64,000 nucleotides of DNA from Acidimicrobiales bacterium (GCA_965237375.1 CBDEFI010000006.1:736610-800609); one strand, 5' to 3'; counted from the first letter of the stretch, positions 19,412 through 29,145 are shown. The notes: generated from the letters alone by a model not told the origin. Translations and numbers: made by a program.

Positions 19412-22400
19412 CTACCCGCTGTCCTCCGCTGGTGAGGCGGCCGGTCCTCCCGGCGTGATCTCCAGCAGCAGATCACCCGCCTCGACCGCCTGTGAACCCT
19501 CGATGCAGACGCGTACGACGGTGCCGCCGATGGGCGCGGTGACCCTGGTTTCCATCTTCATGGCCTCGATCGTGGCCAGGGCCTGCCCCTTGGCGACCGC
19601 CTCACCGCTGGCCACGTACAGCTCCGCCACCCCGCGGAACGGCGCCCCCACGTGGCCCGGCTCCTTGGCGTCGGCCTGCTCCGCCCCCGCGCTCGGCAGC
19701 GCCGAGTCCCGAAGCCGGGCGTTGATCGGGCGCAACTCGCCGTTGAGCCGGAAGACGATGGAGCTGAAGCCCGCCTCGTCCGCCTCGCTGATCGCCTCGA
19801 TGCCCACGCTGATCCGCTGGCCCGGACCGAGTTCCACCAGGATGTCGTCGACGCCCTCCTCCAGGCCGTACCAGAACTGCTTCGTGGCGAGCACCGACAG
19901 GTCGCCGTGGCGGTCACGCATCGCCGTCTGCGACCGGGCGGGCTCGGGGAACAGCAACGACGACAGCGCCCGGCGGGTGTCACCGGTGCGTAGTTCCTGC
20001 TCCTGAGCCGCGCTCAGGGTGGGCGGCGGGGACGTGGCGGGGCGTCCCGCCAGCGCAGCGGTGCGGAAGGGCTCGGGGAAACCTCCCGGCGGCACGCCGA
20101 GGGCGCCCTGCAGGTAGGAGACCACCGAGGCAGGCAGGTCCACCTCGCCGGGATGCTCCTCGAGTTGCGCGGGCGTCACGCCGGAGGACACCAGATGCAG
20201 GGCCAGGTCGCCGACCACCTTCGAGGTGGGCGTCACCTTCGGGGGTCGGCCGAGGATCCCGTTGCACGCCGCGTACAGCTCCGCCACCTCCTCGAAGCGG
20301 TCCGCCAGGCCCAGCGCCGAGGCCTGGAACCGCAGGTTGGAGAGCTGACCACCGGGGATCTCGTGGTGGTAGACGGCGTTGGTGGGCGAGCGCAGGCCGG
20401 CGTCGAACGGGGCGTTGAGCCGCCGGACGAGCTCCCAGTAGGGCTCCAGGCCACTGATCGCCGCCGCCGACAGGCCGGTCTCCCGCTCGGCCCCGTCGGT
20501 GAGCGCCACGATGGCCCCCAGCGAGGGCTGGCTCGTCATCCCCGCCAGCGACGGGATGGCGCCGTCGATGGCGTCCACGCCGGCCTCGATGGCCGCCAGG
20601 TAGGTGCCGATCTGCCCGCCGGCCGTGTCGTGGGTGTGGAGGTGCACGGGGGCGTCGAACCGCTCTCGCAGGGCGGCCACCAGGCGGGACGCCGCCGGCG
20701 CCCGCAGCAACCCGGCCATGTCCTTGACGGCCAGGACGTGCGAACCGGCGGCGACCAGTTCCTCCGCCAGTCGCAGGTAGTAGTCCAGGGTGTAGAGCCG
20801 CTCGTCGGGATTCGCCAGATCGCCGGAGTAGCAGAGGGTTCCCTCCACGAGGCCACCGGCTTGGCGCGCCGCATCGATGGCGGGCAGCATCTGCGTCACG
20901 TCGTTCAGGGCGTCGAAGATCCGGAACACGTCGATGCCGCCCCGCCGGGCCTCGTCGACGAAGCGCTCGCACACCAGGTCGGGATACGGGGCGTAGCCGA
21001 CCGTGTTGCGACCCCGCAGCAGCATCTGCAGGCACACGTTGGGGGCCGCCGCGCTGATGCGCTCCAGGCGATCCCACGGGTCCTCGTGCAGGAAGCGCAG
21101 GGCCACGTCGTAGGTGGCGCCGCCCCAGCACTCCAGGCTCAGCAACTCCGGCAGGCCGTGCGCGTGCCGCTCGGCGCCGGCCACGAGGTCGATGGTGCGC
21201 ACCCGCGTCGCCAGGATGGACTGGTGGGCGTCACGCAGGGTCGTGTCGGTGACCAGCACCTCGGTGGCGTCGCGCATCCAGCGGGCGAAGGCCTCCGGGC
21301 CCAGGGACGCCAGACGCTGCCGGGAGCCCGCCGGCGGGGTGCCAGGCGGCACCGGCGGGAGCTTGGTCGCCGGATCGGCCACCGGCGGCACCGGGCCTTG
21401 GGGCCGGTTCAGGGAGACGTCGGCCAGGTAGGCCAGGAGGCGCGTTGCCCGGTCGGCGCTGCGGCTCTGCGTCGTGAGGTCGGGCCGGGAGTCGACGAAG
21501 TCGGTCGCCACGGCGCCGGCGCAGAAGTCGGGATCGTTCAGCACCGACCGCAGGAACGAGCGGTTCGTCGTCAGGCCCCGCACGCGGAGTTCGGCGATGG
21601 CCCGCACCGAGCGGCGCCGTGCGGTGTCGAAGTCCCGGCCGCGGCACGTCACCTTCGCCAGCAGCGAGTCGAAGTAGGGCGTGATCTCGGCGCCCACGTA
21701 GACGGCGTCGTCGATGCGCACCCCGGCGCCGCCGGGCGTTCGGTAGACCCTGACGCGCCCGGTGTCGGGGCGGAACTCGTTGCGGGGGTCCTCGGCGGTG
21801 ATGCGAGTCTGGATGGCGTACCCGTCGGTGGTGATCTGCTCCTGGCGCAGTCCCATCTCCTCGAGGGTGGCGCCGCCGGCGAGACGCAACTGGGCGGCCA
21901 CGATGTCGACCCCGGTGATCTCCTCGGTGATGGTGTGCTCCACCTGGATGCGGGGGTTCATCTCGATGAAGACGTAGCGACCGGAGCGGTCGAGGAGAAA
22001 CTCCACCGTCCCGGCGTTCGTGTACCCGATGGAGCGGGCGAAGGCGACCGCGTCGTCCAGCAGGGCCCGGCGCACGGCGTCGTCGAGGTTCCGCGCCGGC
22101 GCCGACTCGATGACCTTCTGGAACCGACGCTGGACCGAGCAGTCGCGCTCGAAGAGGTGGACGGCGTCGCCGGCACGGTCGCCGAGGATCTGCACCTCGA
22201 TGTGGCGCACGTCCGACAGCGCCTCCTCCAGGAAGACCGTGTCGTCGCCGAAGGCCGACTCGGCCTCGCGCCGTGCCGCCTCGAGGGCGCCGGCGAGATC
22301 CTCGGGGTGCTCGACGCGTCGCATTCCCCGCCCGCCGCCGCCGGAGACCGCCTTGACGAACAGGGGGTAGCCGATCTCGGCGGCCCGGTCGGCGGCCTCC

Positions 22401-22846
22401 GATGCGGTTGCGAGCACCGGCGACTGCCGCAGCACCGGCGTCCCGACGGCGTCCGCCGCGGCCCGCGCCCTAATCTTCGAGCCGGCCAGCTCCAGCACCT
22501 CCGGCGTCGGTCCGACGAAGGTGAGAGACGCCTCCTCGCAGGCCCGGGCCAGCCGGGCGCTCTCGGAGAGGAATCCGTAGCCGGGGTGGATGGCGTCGGC
22601 GCCGCAGGCCAGGGCCGCCTCGACGATGGTCTCGATGTCGAGGTAGGGGCGGAGGGGGTGCTCCGGCGCCCCGATCTCGTAGGACTCGTCGGCCTTGCTG
22701 CGGTGCAGGCTGCCGAGATCGGCCCGCGTGTGCACCGCCACGGTGGCGATGCTCAGTTCGGTGGCGGCGCGGAAGACCCTGATGGCTATCTCGCCCCGGT
22801 TGGCGACGAGCAGCTTGCGAATGGGCGCGGGTCCGTCGTTCCTCAG
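19412..22846 (-). CDS. pyc: Pyruvate carboxylase (start codon non-canonical or uncertain)
   Basis: RKLLVANRGEIA, HPGYGFLSE, GGGGRGMR, RDCSVQRR, TLRDAHQS, KDMAG, HLHTHD, EAMKME biotin site. Confidence 0.95.
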   Translation of the reverse strand: MRNDGPAPIRKLLVANRGEIAIRVFRAATELSIATVAVHTRADLGSLHRSKADESYEIGAPEHPLRPYLDIETIVEAALACGADAIHPGYGFLSESARLARACEEASLTFVGPTPEVLELAGSKIRARAAADAVGTPVLRQSPVLATASEAADRAAEIGYPLFVKAVSGGGGRGMRRVEHPEDLAGALEAARREAESAFGDDTVFLEEALSDVRHIEVQILGDRAGDAVHLFERDCSVQRRFQKVIESAPARNLDDAVRRALLDDAVAFARSIGYTNAGTVEFLLDRSGRYVFIEMNPRIQVEHTITEEITGVDIVAAQLRLAGGATLEEMGLRQEQITTDGYAIQTRITAEDPRNEFRPDTGRVRVYRTPGGAGVRIDDAVYVGAEITPYFDSLLAKVTCRGRDFDTARRRSVRAIAELRVRGLTTNRSFLRSVLNDPDFCAGAVATDFVDSRPDLTTQSRSADRATRLLAYLADVSLNRPQGPVPPVADPATKLPPVPPGTPPAGSRQRLASLGPEAFARWMRDATEVLVTDTTLRDAHQSILATRVRTIDLVAGAERHAHGLPELLSLECWGGATYDVALRFLHEDPWDRLERISAAAPNVCLQMLLRGRNTVGYAPYPDLVCERFVDEARRGGIDVFRIFDALNDVTQMLPAIDAARQAGGLVEGTLCYSGDLANPDERLYTLDYYLRLAEELVAAGSHVLAVKDMAGLLRAPAASRLVAALRERFDAPVHLHTHDTAGGQIGTYLAAIEAGVDAIDGAIPSLAGMTSQPSLGAIVALTDGAERETGLSAAAISGLEPYWELVRRLNAPFDAGLRSPTNAVYHHEIPGGQLSNLRFQASALGLADRFEEVAELYAACNGILGRPPKVTPTSKVVGDLALHLVSSGVTPAQLEEHPGEVDLPASVVSYLQGALGVPPGGFPEPFRTAALAGRPATSPPPTLSAAQEQELRTGDTRRALSSLLFPEPARSQTAMRDRHGDLSVLATKQFWYGLEEGVDDILVELGPGQRISVGIEAISEADEAGFSSIVFRLNGELRPINARLRDSALPSAGAEQADAKEPGHVGAPFRGVAELYVASGEAVAKGQALATIEAMKMETRVTAPIGGTVVRVCIEGSQAVEAGDLLLEITPGGPAASPAEDSG

Positions 22847-22975
22847 GGTTGCGACACTACCGCCGCCGATGGTCAGCCCCGGTCGCAGGGAGGCGAGGGA
22901 TCAGCGATCGGACTGCAACAGGTCTGAGGCCACCGTCGCATTGCCGTCGATCCGAGAGGAACTCAGCGGTCTCGC

Positions 22976-24145
22976 TCAGGCGTCAAGCTGGTCCAGCAGT
23001 TCGGCCAGGTGGGTCAGCGGCACCACCTCGCCGTCTCGTCGTCGTTGGCGGTCGGTGCCTCCGTGGACAACGGCCCTGGTGGAGACGTGCGGGAGCGCCT
23101 CTGAGACCCTGTTGAGCGAGTCGAACCAGTCTGAGGCGACAGTGGCGCCGGACTTGATCTCGATGGCAGCGAAGCCACCAACGGTCTCGTACAGGAGGTC
23201 GCACTCCAATCCCCGGACGGCGCGGAAGAACGACAGGTTGGATCGACGGCCCCGATTGAAACGGTGCTTGAGGGCCTCCGCCACGACCGCGTTCTCGAAC
23301 AGCTGTCCGCGCAGCGGGTGGGTGGCCAGTTGCCTGGCGTTCTCGATGCCGATGAGGTGGCTCGCCAGCCCCACGTCGTAGAAGTAGAGCTTCGGCGACT
23401 TGACCAGGCGTTTGCGGATGTTGGCGAAGTACGGCGGAAGCTGGAGGACGACGTAGCTCGCCTCCAGAATCGTCAGCCAGTGACGCGCCGTCGTGTGGGA
23501 GACGCCGGCGTCCGCACCCAGCGAGGACAGGTTGGCGAGCTGACCGACACGTCCGGCGCACAGGCGGACGAACCGTTGGAAGCCGGTGAGGTTACGGATC
23601 TCGCCGATCCGGCGCACATCGCGCTCGACGTAGGTCTCGACGTAGTCGCCGAGCGCTTGCAGCGGTTCGATCCCCTGATCATGAATCCGGGGGAAAAATC
23701 CGGAGTACAGGATGTCGTCAACCCTGTCGCTCGCGCCCGTCCGGCTTCGCTCCGCCAAAGAGAACGGCAGCAGGCGTAGCAGTGCCGTACGCCCGGCCAA
23801 CGACTGGCTGATGGCATCGGAAAGCCTGAACTGTTCGCTGCCCGTCAGAACGAAGAGGCCGTTCCGCCGCTTGTCATCGGCCAGGACCTGCAGGTACGAC
23901 AGGAGGTCGGGGATGCGCTGGATCTCGTCGAGGACGGCACCCTCATCGAATTGCGCCAGAAAGCCCACGGGATCGGACTCGGCGAACTGCCGCTGGTTGG
24001 GCGCCTCCAGATTGACGTATTCGAGATGCGGGAAGGCTGCGCGGCACAGCGTCGTCTTGCCGGATTGCCGCGGCCCGGTCACGGTGACAAACGGGTACTG
24101 CTCGAACAACTCGAGCAGCAAGGGCGTGATCTCGCGCTCGATCAT
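22976..24145 (-). CDS. AAA_14 ATPase with DUF4143-like C-terminal domain
   Basis: GPRQSGKT, LDEIQR, LTGS, SLAGR, KSPKLYFYDVGL, FEN, ECDL...IEIKS. Confidence 0.88.
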   Translation of the reverse strand: MIEREITPLLLELFEQYPFVTVTGPRQSGKTTLCRAAFPHLEYVNLEAPNQRQFAESDPVGFLAQFDEGAVLDEIQRIPDLLSYLQVLADDKRRNGLFVLTGSEQFRLSDAISQSLAGRTALLRLLPFSLAERSRTGASDRVDDILYSGFFPRIHDQGIEPLQALGDYVETYVERDVRRIGEIRNLTGFQRFVRLCAGRVGQLANLSSLGADAGVSHTTARHWLTILEASYVVLQLPPYFANIRKRLVKSPKLYFYDVGLASHLIGIENARQLATHPLRGQLFENAVVAEALKHRFNRGRRSNLSFFRAVRGLECDLLYETVGGFAAIEIKSGATVASDWFDSLNRVSEALPHVSTRAVVHGGTDRQRRRDGEVVPLTHLAELLDQLDA

Positions 24146-24165
24146 GGCGTCCAACATAACGGGCT

Positions 24166-24204
24166 GTGTGTAAATCTGCAAGTACTACTTTCATATTTTC
24201 ACAC
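24166..24204. promoter_or_regulatory. AT-rich imperfect palindrome, candidate operator
   Basis: 19-bp arms (16/19 match) around a central base, between the divergent AAA and nuclease genes. Confidence 0.5.
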
Positions 24205-24288
24205 CTCCGGCATAGCCCGCTCCCCCACCCCAGCCGGCCCTGCCGGTTATTCCGGCGGGTGTCGGTGGGGTGCGCAAGACTCGGACCC

Positions 24289-25326
24289 ATGAGGGACGGC
24301 CCGGCTCGTGACGACTCGGCGGGGGCGGCGTTGAATGCGGCTCAGCAGGAGGTCCTGGCGAGGCTGCGGCGACCGGCCTCGGAGCGCCCCGAGTTCGACG
24401 CCGGCGTCGCCGCACGCCTCCGGCGGGAACTGGAGGAGGGTCTGGCCGCCGTGGCGGAGAAGATCGACCCGGCCAAGCCCCTGTTCGTCAGCAAACACAA
24501 GCTCGCCGGGGTGTTCGGCTGCGAGGCGTCGTTCATGCACGACGAGCAGCAGCCGTTCGCCTGGAACCCGTACATCGCCACCGGTGCGGTGGCGCACAAG
24601 GCGATAGAACTCGGGATCAACTGGCGCCCACGCCCCGGCCCGATGCAAGCCGGCGACACCGCCGAAGGTGCGAGCCCGCCCCAACAGAGCCCGTCGCCAC
24701 CGCCGCCGGAACTCACCGACGCCGCCCTCGAATCCCTCACGGCGAGCGACTCGAGCCTGGCGGACTGGCTGTACGGGTGCTCCGATACCGAGCGGGCCGA
24801 TGTGCGCAGTCTCGCCATCAGTCGGGTCAGCGCCTTCTGGGAGGGCTGGCCCCCGCTGAAGTCCCGGTGGTACCCGGTGACCGAGTCGCGCTCCCGTGTG
24901 GAACTGTGTGACGGCAGGATCCAGCTCAGCGGGAAGTACGACCTGGCGCTGGGGCGCTCCGACGGTCGGCGTGCCGGCAAGGTCATCGTCGACCTCAAGG
25001 CCGGCCGCCGCCAGCCGCATCTGCATCGCGACGACCTGCGCTTCTATGCCCTCGTGGAGACGCTGAAGCTGGGCACCCCGCCGCGGACCCTGGCGACGTA
25101 CTACCTGGAATCCGCCCATATCGACGTCGAGGAGGTGACCGAGGCGCTTCTGGACGTGGCCCGAAACCGCACGATCGACGGCATCGGTCGCTTCGCCGAG
25201 TTGGAAGGGCGTCTGGGGCCGCCGGCCGAACCCCTCAAACGGCCCGGCCCGCCCTGCCGGTGGTGCGCACTCCAACCCGACTGCACCGAGGGTCAGAACT
25301 TCCTCGCCGACCACAGCGACGACTGA
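24289..25326 (+). CDS. PD-(D/E)XK nuclease, RecB/Cas4/AddB-like with probable Fe-S cysteines
   Basis: GAVAHKAIE, SGKYDL, IVDLKAG, LRFYAL; N-terminal Cys (FGCEA) plus C-terminal CRWC-x5-C. Confidence 0.8.
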   Translation: MRDGPARDDSAGAALNAAQQEVLARLRRPASERPEFDAGVAARLRRELEEGLAAVAEKIDPAKPLFVSKHKLAGVFGCEASFMHDEQQPFAWNPYIATGAVAHKAIELGINWRPRPGPMQAGDTAEGASPPQQSPSPPPPELTDAALESLTASDSSLADWLYGCSDTERADVRSLAISRVSAFWEGWPPLKSRWYPVTESRSRVELCDGRIQLSGKYDLALGRSDGRRAGKVIVDLKAGRRQPHLHRDDLRFYALVETLKLGTPPRTLATYYLESAHIDVEEVTEALLDVARNRTIDGIGRFAELEGRLGPPAEPLKRPGPPCRWCALQPDCTEGQNFLADHSDD

Positions 25327-25357
25327 CAACCACCGGCTCCACTTACAAGTAACCCGT

Positions 25358-25393
25358 AAGTCTTACAACACAGTGGTTGAAGTCTTACAACAC
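25358..25393 (+). promoter_or_regulatory. Direct repeat AAGTCTTACAACAC x2, candidate operator
   Basis: Copies at 25358-25371 and 25380-25393 (22-bp period) just upstream of a TAGTAT -10-like hexamer. Confidence 0.55.
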
Positions 25394-25443
25394 TCGCTAG
25401 TATGTCATCGTGAAGCGATCCCCCCATCGAGTCCGGAGGCGGA

Positions 25444-26949
25444 GTGACGGCTGAACTCCAGCCCCAGGTCGATGAAGCGGTGCGGCGCATTCGCGACATC
25501 GGCACCGATCTCCGGACCATCGAGGTGAAGGCGGCCGAAGGTGGTCTGCCCCGCTCGGTCAAGGAATCGGTGTCCGCCTTCGCCAACACGGGTGGTGGCA
25601 TGGTGATCCTCGGGCTCCGCGACTGCGACTTCCTCCCCGTGTCCATCGACGCCGCCAAGATCGCCGGCGACCTGGCCTCGACCTGCGCCGCCGACCTCGA
25701 CCCACCGGTCCGCCCCGACATCGTCATCGCCGAGGTGGACGGGCACCCGGTCGTGGTGGCACTGGTGGACGAGCTACCGCCCGGACGCAAGCCCTGCTAC
25801 GTCAGGAACAGGGGGCTCGACGGAGGCTCGTACGTCCGAACCCACGACGGCGACCGCCGGCTGAACTCCTATGAGGTCCACGTCCTGGTGTCGGGCCGGG
25901 GCCAGCCGCTCGACGACGTGGCAGTGGTCGAAAGAGCGCAGCGCAGCGACCTCGACGGTGACCTCCTCAGCGCGCTGCTGAGTCGCATCCGCCGGAGGAG
26001 AGGACCGGCCCTGGCCGCCGCGAGCGACGACGACATCCTGCGGATGCTCAACGTCATCGTCGGCGAAGGCCCCGAGCCGTCGGTCACCCTCGCCGGCTTG
26101 CTGTCACTGGGGCGCTACCCGCAGCAATTCGTGGCGCAGCTCAACGTGACGTTCGTGGCGTTCCCGACCGTGACCGGCCACCCCCTCGACGACGGCACGC
26201 GATTCCTCGACAACGAGTCGATCGACGGCCCGATCCCCACCATGGTCGCCACCGCACAGGCCGCCGTGCGGCGCAACATCACCCGCCGGGCGGTCGTCAC
26301 CGGCGCCGGACGCCTCGACGTGTGGGAATACCCCAACGAGGCGGTGCGGGAGATCGTCGTCAACGCCGTGCTGCACCGCGACTACCACCCCGTCGCCCAC
26401 GGCACCCAGGTGCGCATCGAGCTGTACCCCGACCGCCTCAGGGTCACCAATCCCGGCGGTCTCCACGGCGACATCAACCGCGAGCGTCTGTTCAGCGAGC
26501 CCGTCACCTCGTCACGCAACTCGCATCTGGCCAAGCTGCTGGAGGACATCGAGATCCCGCACACCGGCCGGACCGTGTGCGAGAACCGCGGGTCAGGTCT
26601 CCTCGCCGTCGCCCGCGAACTCCGCAGCGCCGGCCTCGCGCCGCCCGAGTTCACCGACCGCGTCAGCGACACCACAATGACGATCCACGGCGACGACTAC
26701 CGCATCCAACGCCCCGAGCGAGCCGATCCCGCCGCCACACCGCCCGAACCTCGCACACGGATCCGGGCACTGCTGTCCGGCGGGCCCGTCCGCACCAGGG
26801 TGCTCGCCGACGAACTCGGCGTAACCCCCCAGGGAGCGCTCAGACAACTGCGCCAAATGGAGGACGCCGGTGAGATCGAGTTGACGGAGTCGACACGGCG
26901 CAGCCCGCTCAACCGCTGGCGCCTCACCACCCCACCCGACAACGACTGA
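25444..26949 (+). CDS. AlbA_2 (Schlafen-like) + HATPase_c_4 + HTH protein
   Basis: IEVKAA, SAFANTGGGMVILG, AVREIVVNAVLHRDY, NPGGL, SRN, ENRGSG; C-terminal winged HTH. Confidence 0.85.
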   Translation: MTAELQPQVDEAVRRIRDIGTDLRTIEVKAAEGGLPRSVKESVSAFANTGGGMVILGLRDCDFLPVSIDAAKIAGDLASTCAADLDPPVRPDIVIAEVDGHPVVVALVDELPPGRKPCYVRNRGLDGGSYVRTHDGDRRLNSYEVHVLVSGRGQPLDDVAVVERAQRSDLDGDLLSALLSRIRRRRGPALAAASDDDILRMLNVIVGEGPEPSVTLAGLLSLGRYPQQFVAQLNVTFVAFPTVTGHPLDDGTRFLDNESIDGPIPTMVATAQAAVRRNITRRAVVTGAGRLDVWEYPNEAVREIVVNAVLHRDYHPVAHGTQVRIELYPDRLRVTNPGGLHGDINRERLFSEPVTSSRNSHLAKLLEDIEIPHTGRTVCENRGSGLLAVARELRSAGLAPPEFTDRVSDTTMTIHGDDYRIQRPERADPAATPPEPRTRIRALLSGGPVRTRVLADELGVTPQGALRQLRQMEDAGEIELTESTRRSPLNRWRLTTPPDND

Positions 26950-26951
26950 CG

Positions 26952-26982
26952 GCCGGCCGCCGAGAAGCTCTCGGCGGCCGGC
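26952..26982 (+). terminator. GC-rich hairpin directly after the stop codon
   Basis: Perfect 14-bp stem GCCGGCCGCCGAGA / TCTCGGCGGCCGGC with 3-nt loop; no U-tract. Confidence 0.55.
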
Positions 26983-27029
26983 AGGCCTAACGCTGCCGGT
27001 CGGAGGCTTCGCCAACTCAGCCGGAGGCC

Positions 27030-27084
27030 AGTTATGACATACTCGTAAACCGGTTCGCCGGCCGGAAACGTTTATGTCATAACT
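27030..27084. repeat. Perfect 12-bp AT-rich inverted repeat with 31-bp spacer
   Basis: AGTTATGACATA at 27030-27041 and TATGTCATAACT at 27073-27084. Confidence 0.7.
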
Positions 27085-27193
27085 CCGGGTCGGGCGATCC
27101 GGGGAGCACGTAGTGAGTGCCGCGCTTCAGCTTGGGGTTCGCCACTTTGCGGCGCAGCGGCGACCTTTGCGGGTCGGTTGTAAAGTGTGTGGC

Positions 27194-28222
27194 GTGACGG
27201 TGGTAGCGCCCGATGTGGCTTGTCCGACGATGGCGTCCGCGGCCGCGGCGGCGGACGCGTTGATCGCTGCAGGCGCGGAAGAGGTCCTCGTGTTCGGGTC
27301 GGTCGCTCGGGGCGAGGCACATGGGGGCAGCGACATTGATCTTGTGGCGTTGTTTGCCGACATCGACTATGCGAAGCGGCGTGACCTGAAGAAGCAGTTG
27401 GAGGACGCCGCCGACGCGGCTGTCGGCCGTTGGCCGACGCAGGTGCTGGTCACCGACCGGCCTGAGTGGCGCGGCCGAGTGGGCAACGTCTCCGCATCCT
27501 TCGAGCGGAGCATCAGTACCGGCGCCGTCGTCGTCGCCACAGCGGCGACTCAGGGCGACGTGAACTGGGACAAGGAGATGGTGAAGCCCATGAGCAACCG
27601 TGGCGAAGCGCTGGCGAACTTTACCGAGCGCGTCCTGCCTAGGGCCAAGCAACTGGGCGTCGCCACGATAAGGAGCTTTTTCGAGGACCACCCGATGTCT
27701 CCGCCAGAGGATAGGGAGACCGCCCGGCTCGAGAGAATGGTCCGGGTATGCGAGGACTCCGCTTTACTGGTGGAGCTGGCGCTAAAGACGTTGACGGTCC
27801 TGCACGGCGTTCCGATTCCGTCTGAGAGAGACCTCAGAAGTGCTGGCCACGACATCGCGAAATGCCTTCTGCTGGTGCCCGAGCCGCCCCGCTCCACCGT
27901 CACGGGTATCGTGTCCGGCTTGGGGTTGGATCTGCCCACGATGTCGCGATGGCGCGTTGTTGCCACCTATCCCGACGACGTCGACGCCGAACGCGCGCAA
28001 GCCGATGTCCTCGTCGAGGACTACAGGAGCGCCGCCCTGGCTGTCTGCGGCTTCGTCTTCTCCGAAGTCGTCGCAGCTGTGGGCAACACCGTCGAGATGC
28101 GTAAAGCCGCGGCCATCTGGGCGATTGCAGAAGCCCACCTCGCCGGTCAGGACGTGCGCACCGGTGAACCCCGTGTCGATCTTGGACCGACAGGCCCCGA
28201 CCAGATCGGGCTCGCAGACTAA
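27194..28222 (+). CDS. Minimal nucleotidyltransferase fused to a HEPN-like domain (copy 1)
   Basis: FGSVARGE...SDIDL; C-terminal ELALK...GHDI...TYP; start GTG 7 nt after TAAAGT. Confidence 0.78.
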   Translation: MTVVAPDVACPTMASAAAAADALIAAGAEEVLVFGSVARGEAHGGSDIDLVALFADIDYAKRRDLKKQLEDAADAAVGRWPTQVLVTDRPEWRGRVGNVSASFERSISTGAVVVATAATQGDVNWDKEMVKPMSNRGEALANFTERVLPRAKQLGVATIRSFFEDHPMSPPEDRETARLERMVRVCEDSALLVELALKTLTVLHGVPIPSERDLRSAGHDIAKCLLLVPEPPRSTVTGIVSGLGLDLPTMSRWRVVATYPDDVDAERAQADVLVEDYRSAALAVCGFVFSEVVAAVGNTVEMRKAAAIWAIAEAHLAGQDVRTGEPRVDLGPTGPDQIGLAD

Positions 28223-28270
28223 CCGGAGATCGGTGGTTCCCGATCTTCTCCGGTCGCCGATACGTTCGGG

Positions 28271-28456
28271 CTCGTCAAGCTCGCCAAGCAGCGCCTCGAC
28301 GAGGTCCGTCGCCGGGTGCAGAACGACACGCTGGGCCACCGCGGACGCAAGGACGACCCGCTCTACCGCTGCCGGCGCCTGTTGACCAAGGCCGACGAAC
28401 GCCTCACCGACAAGGGCCGGTCGAAGCTGCTGGGCCTCCTCGAAGCCGGCGACCCT
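28271..28456 (+). mobile_element. ISL3-family transposase fragment
   Basis: VKLAKQRLDEVRRRVQNDTLGHRGRKDDPLYRCRRLL...LEAGDP, an internal actinobacterial ISL3-like segment; no ends seen. Confidence 0.75.
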
Positions 28457-28531
28457 CAGCTACGCCCGCACCCCACAAGTCCGCGCCGCCTCGATATATC
28501 CGTCGATCCCGAGTTGAGATATACTCGCACT

Positions 28532-28738
28532 GTGACGAAGCGGCTGGTTGACATCGACGACGGACTGCTCGCGGAGGTGCGGGATCTGACCGGCGCGGCG
28601 ACGATGAAGGAGGCCGTCAACGCAGCGCTGCAGGAGGTGATCGACGCAGAGCTTCGCCGGCGGCATCTGCGACGGCTCGAAAGCGGTGCGGGCACCGACC
28701 TGGCCGATGACGGGGTCATGCGGGGCGCATGGCGGTAG
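28532..28738 (+). CDS. vapB: VapB-type antitoxin
   Basis: TKRLVDIDDGLL...TMKEAVNAAL; GTG 6 nt after TATACT; overlaps the PIN gene. Confidence 0.85.
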   Translation: MTKRLVDIDDGLLAEVRDLTGAATMKEAVNAALQEVIDAELRRRHLRRLESGAGTDLADDGVMRGAWR

Positions 28739-29145
28739 CGCCGGTGTACCTGGCCGACAAGAGCGCCCTCGCCCGACTCGATCACGCACCCGTCGCCCGC
28801 CGGCTGGGGCCGCTGCTCATCGACGGCCTCGTTGCCACCTCGCCGATCATCGACCTCGAAGTCCTCTACAGCGCCCGCTCGCTCGCCGACTACGACGAGA
28901 TCCTCGCCGAACGCCGCGCGCTGCCTTCCTTCCCCATCACCGAAGACGTCACCGACCGCGCCATCGACGTGCAACACCGGCTGGCACGACTCGGCCGGCA
29001 CCGCACGGCACTGCCTGACCTCCTCATCGCCGCGGTGGCGGACATCAACGACCTCGTCATCATCCACTACGACGCCGACTACGAACGCATCGCCGAGGTC
29101 ACCGGCCAACCGTGCCAATGGGTCGTCCCCCGAGGATCGATCTGA
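28729..29145 (+). CDS. vapC: VapC PIN-domain ribonuclease toxin
   Basis: YLADKSA, LEVLYSAR, DLLIAAVA, HYDADY. Confidence 0.9.
   Translation: MAVAPVYLADKSALARLDHAPVARRLGPLLIDGLVATSPIIDLEVLYSARSLADYDEILAERRALPSFPITEDVTDRAIDVQHRLARLGRHRTALPDLLIAAVADINDLVIIHYDADYERIAEVTGQPCQWVVPRGSI

Noticed and set aside
20153-22927. Long antisense or alternative-frame ORFs (e.g. 924 aa here, 40923-43475, 2422-4290, 56224-58296)
   Set aside because: Shadows of well-supported genes in high-GC DNA, with no recognisable motifs.
24289-25326. Cas4 as evidence of a CRISPR-Cas system
   Set aside because: No cas1/cas2 or array nearby; solo Cas4-like nucleases are common.
25410-25454. Possible phase-variable C6 tract between a leaderless GTG and the Schlafen gene (removing one C puts them in frame)
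   Set aside because: The tract is short and the GTG at 25444 has its own GGAGG RBS; cannot be distinguished from chance.
28316-28738. 140-aa transposase-antitoxin fusion ORF
   Set aside because: Better explained as an ISL3 scrap that happens to be in frame with a vapB having its own TATACT leaderless start at 28532.
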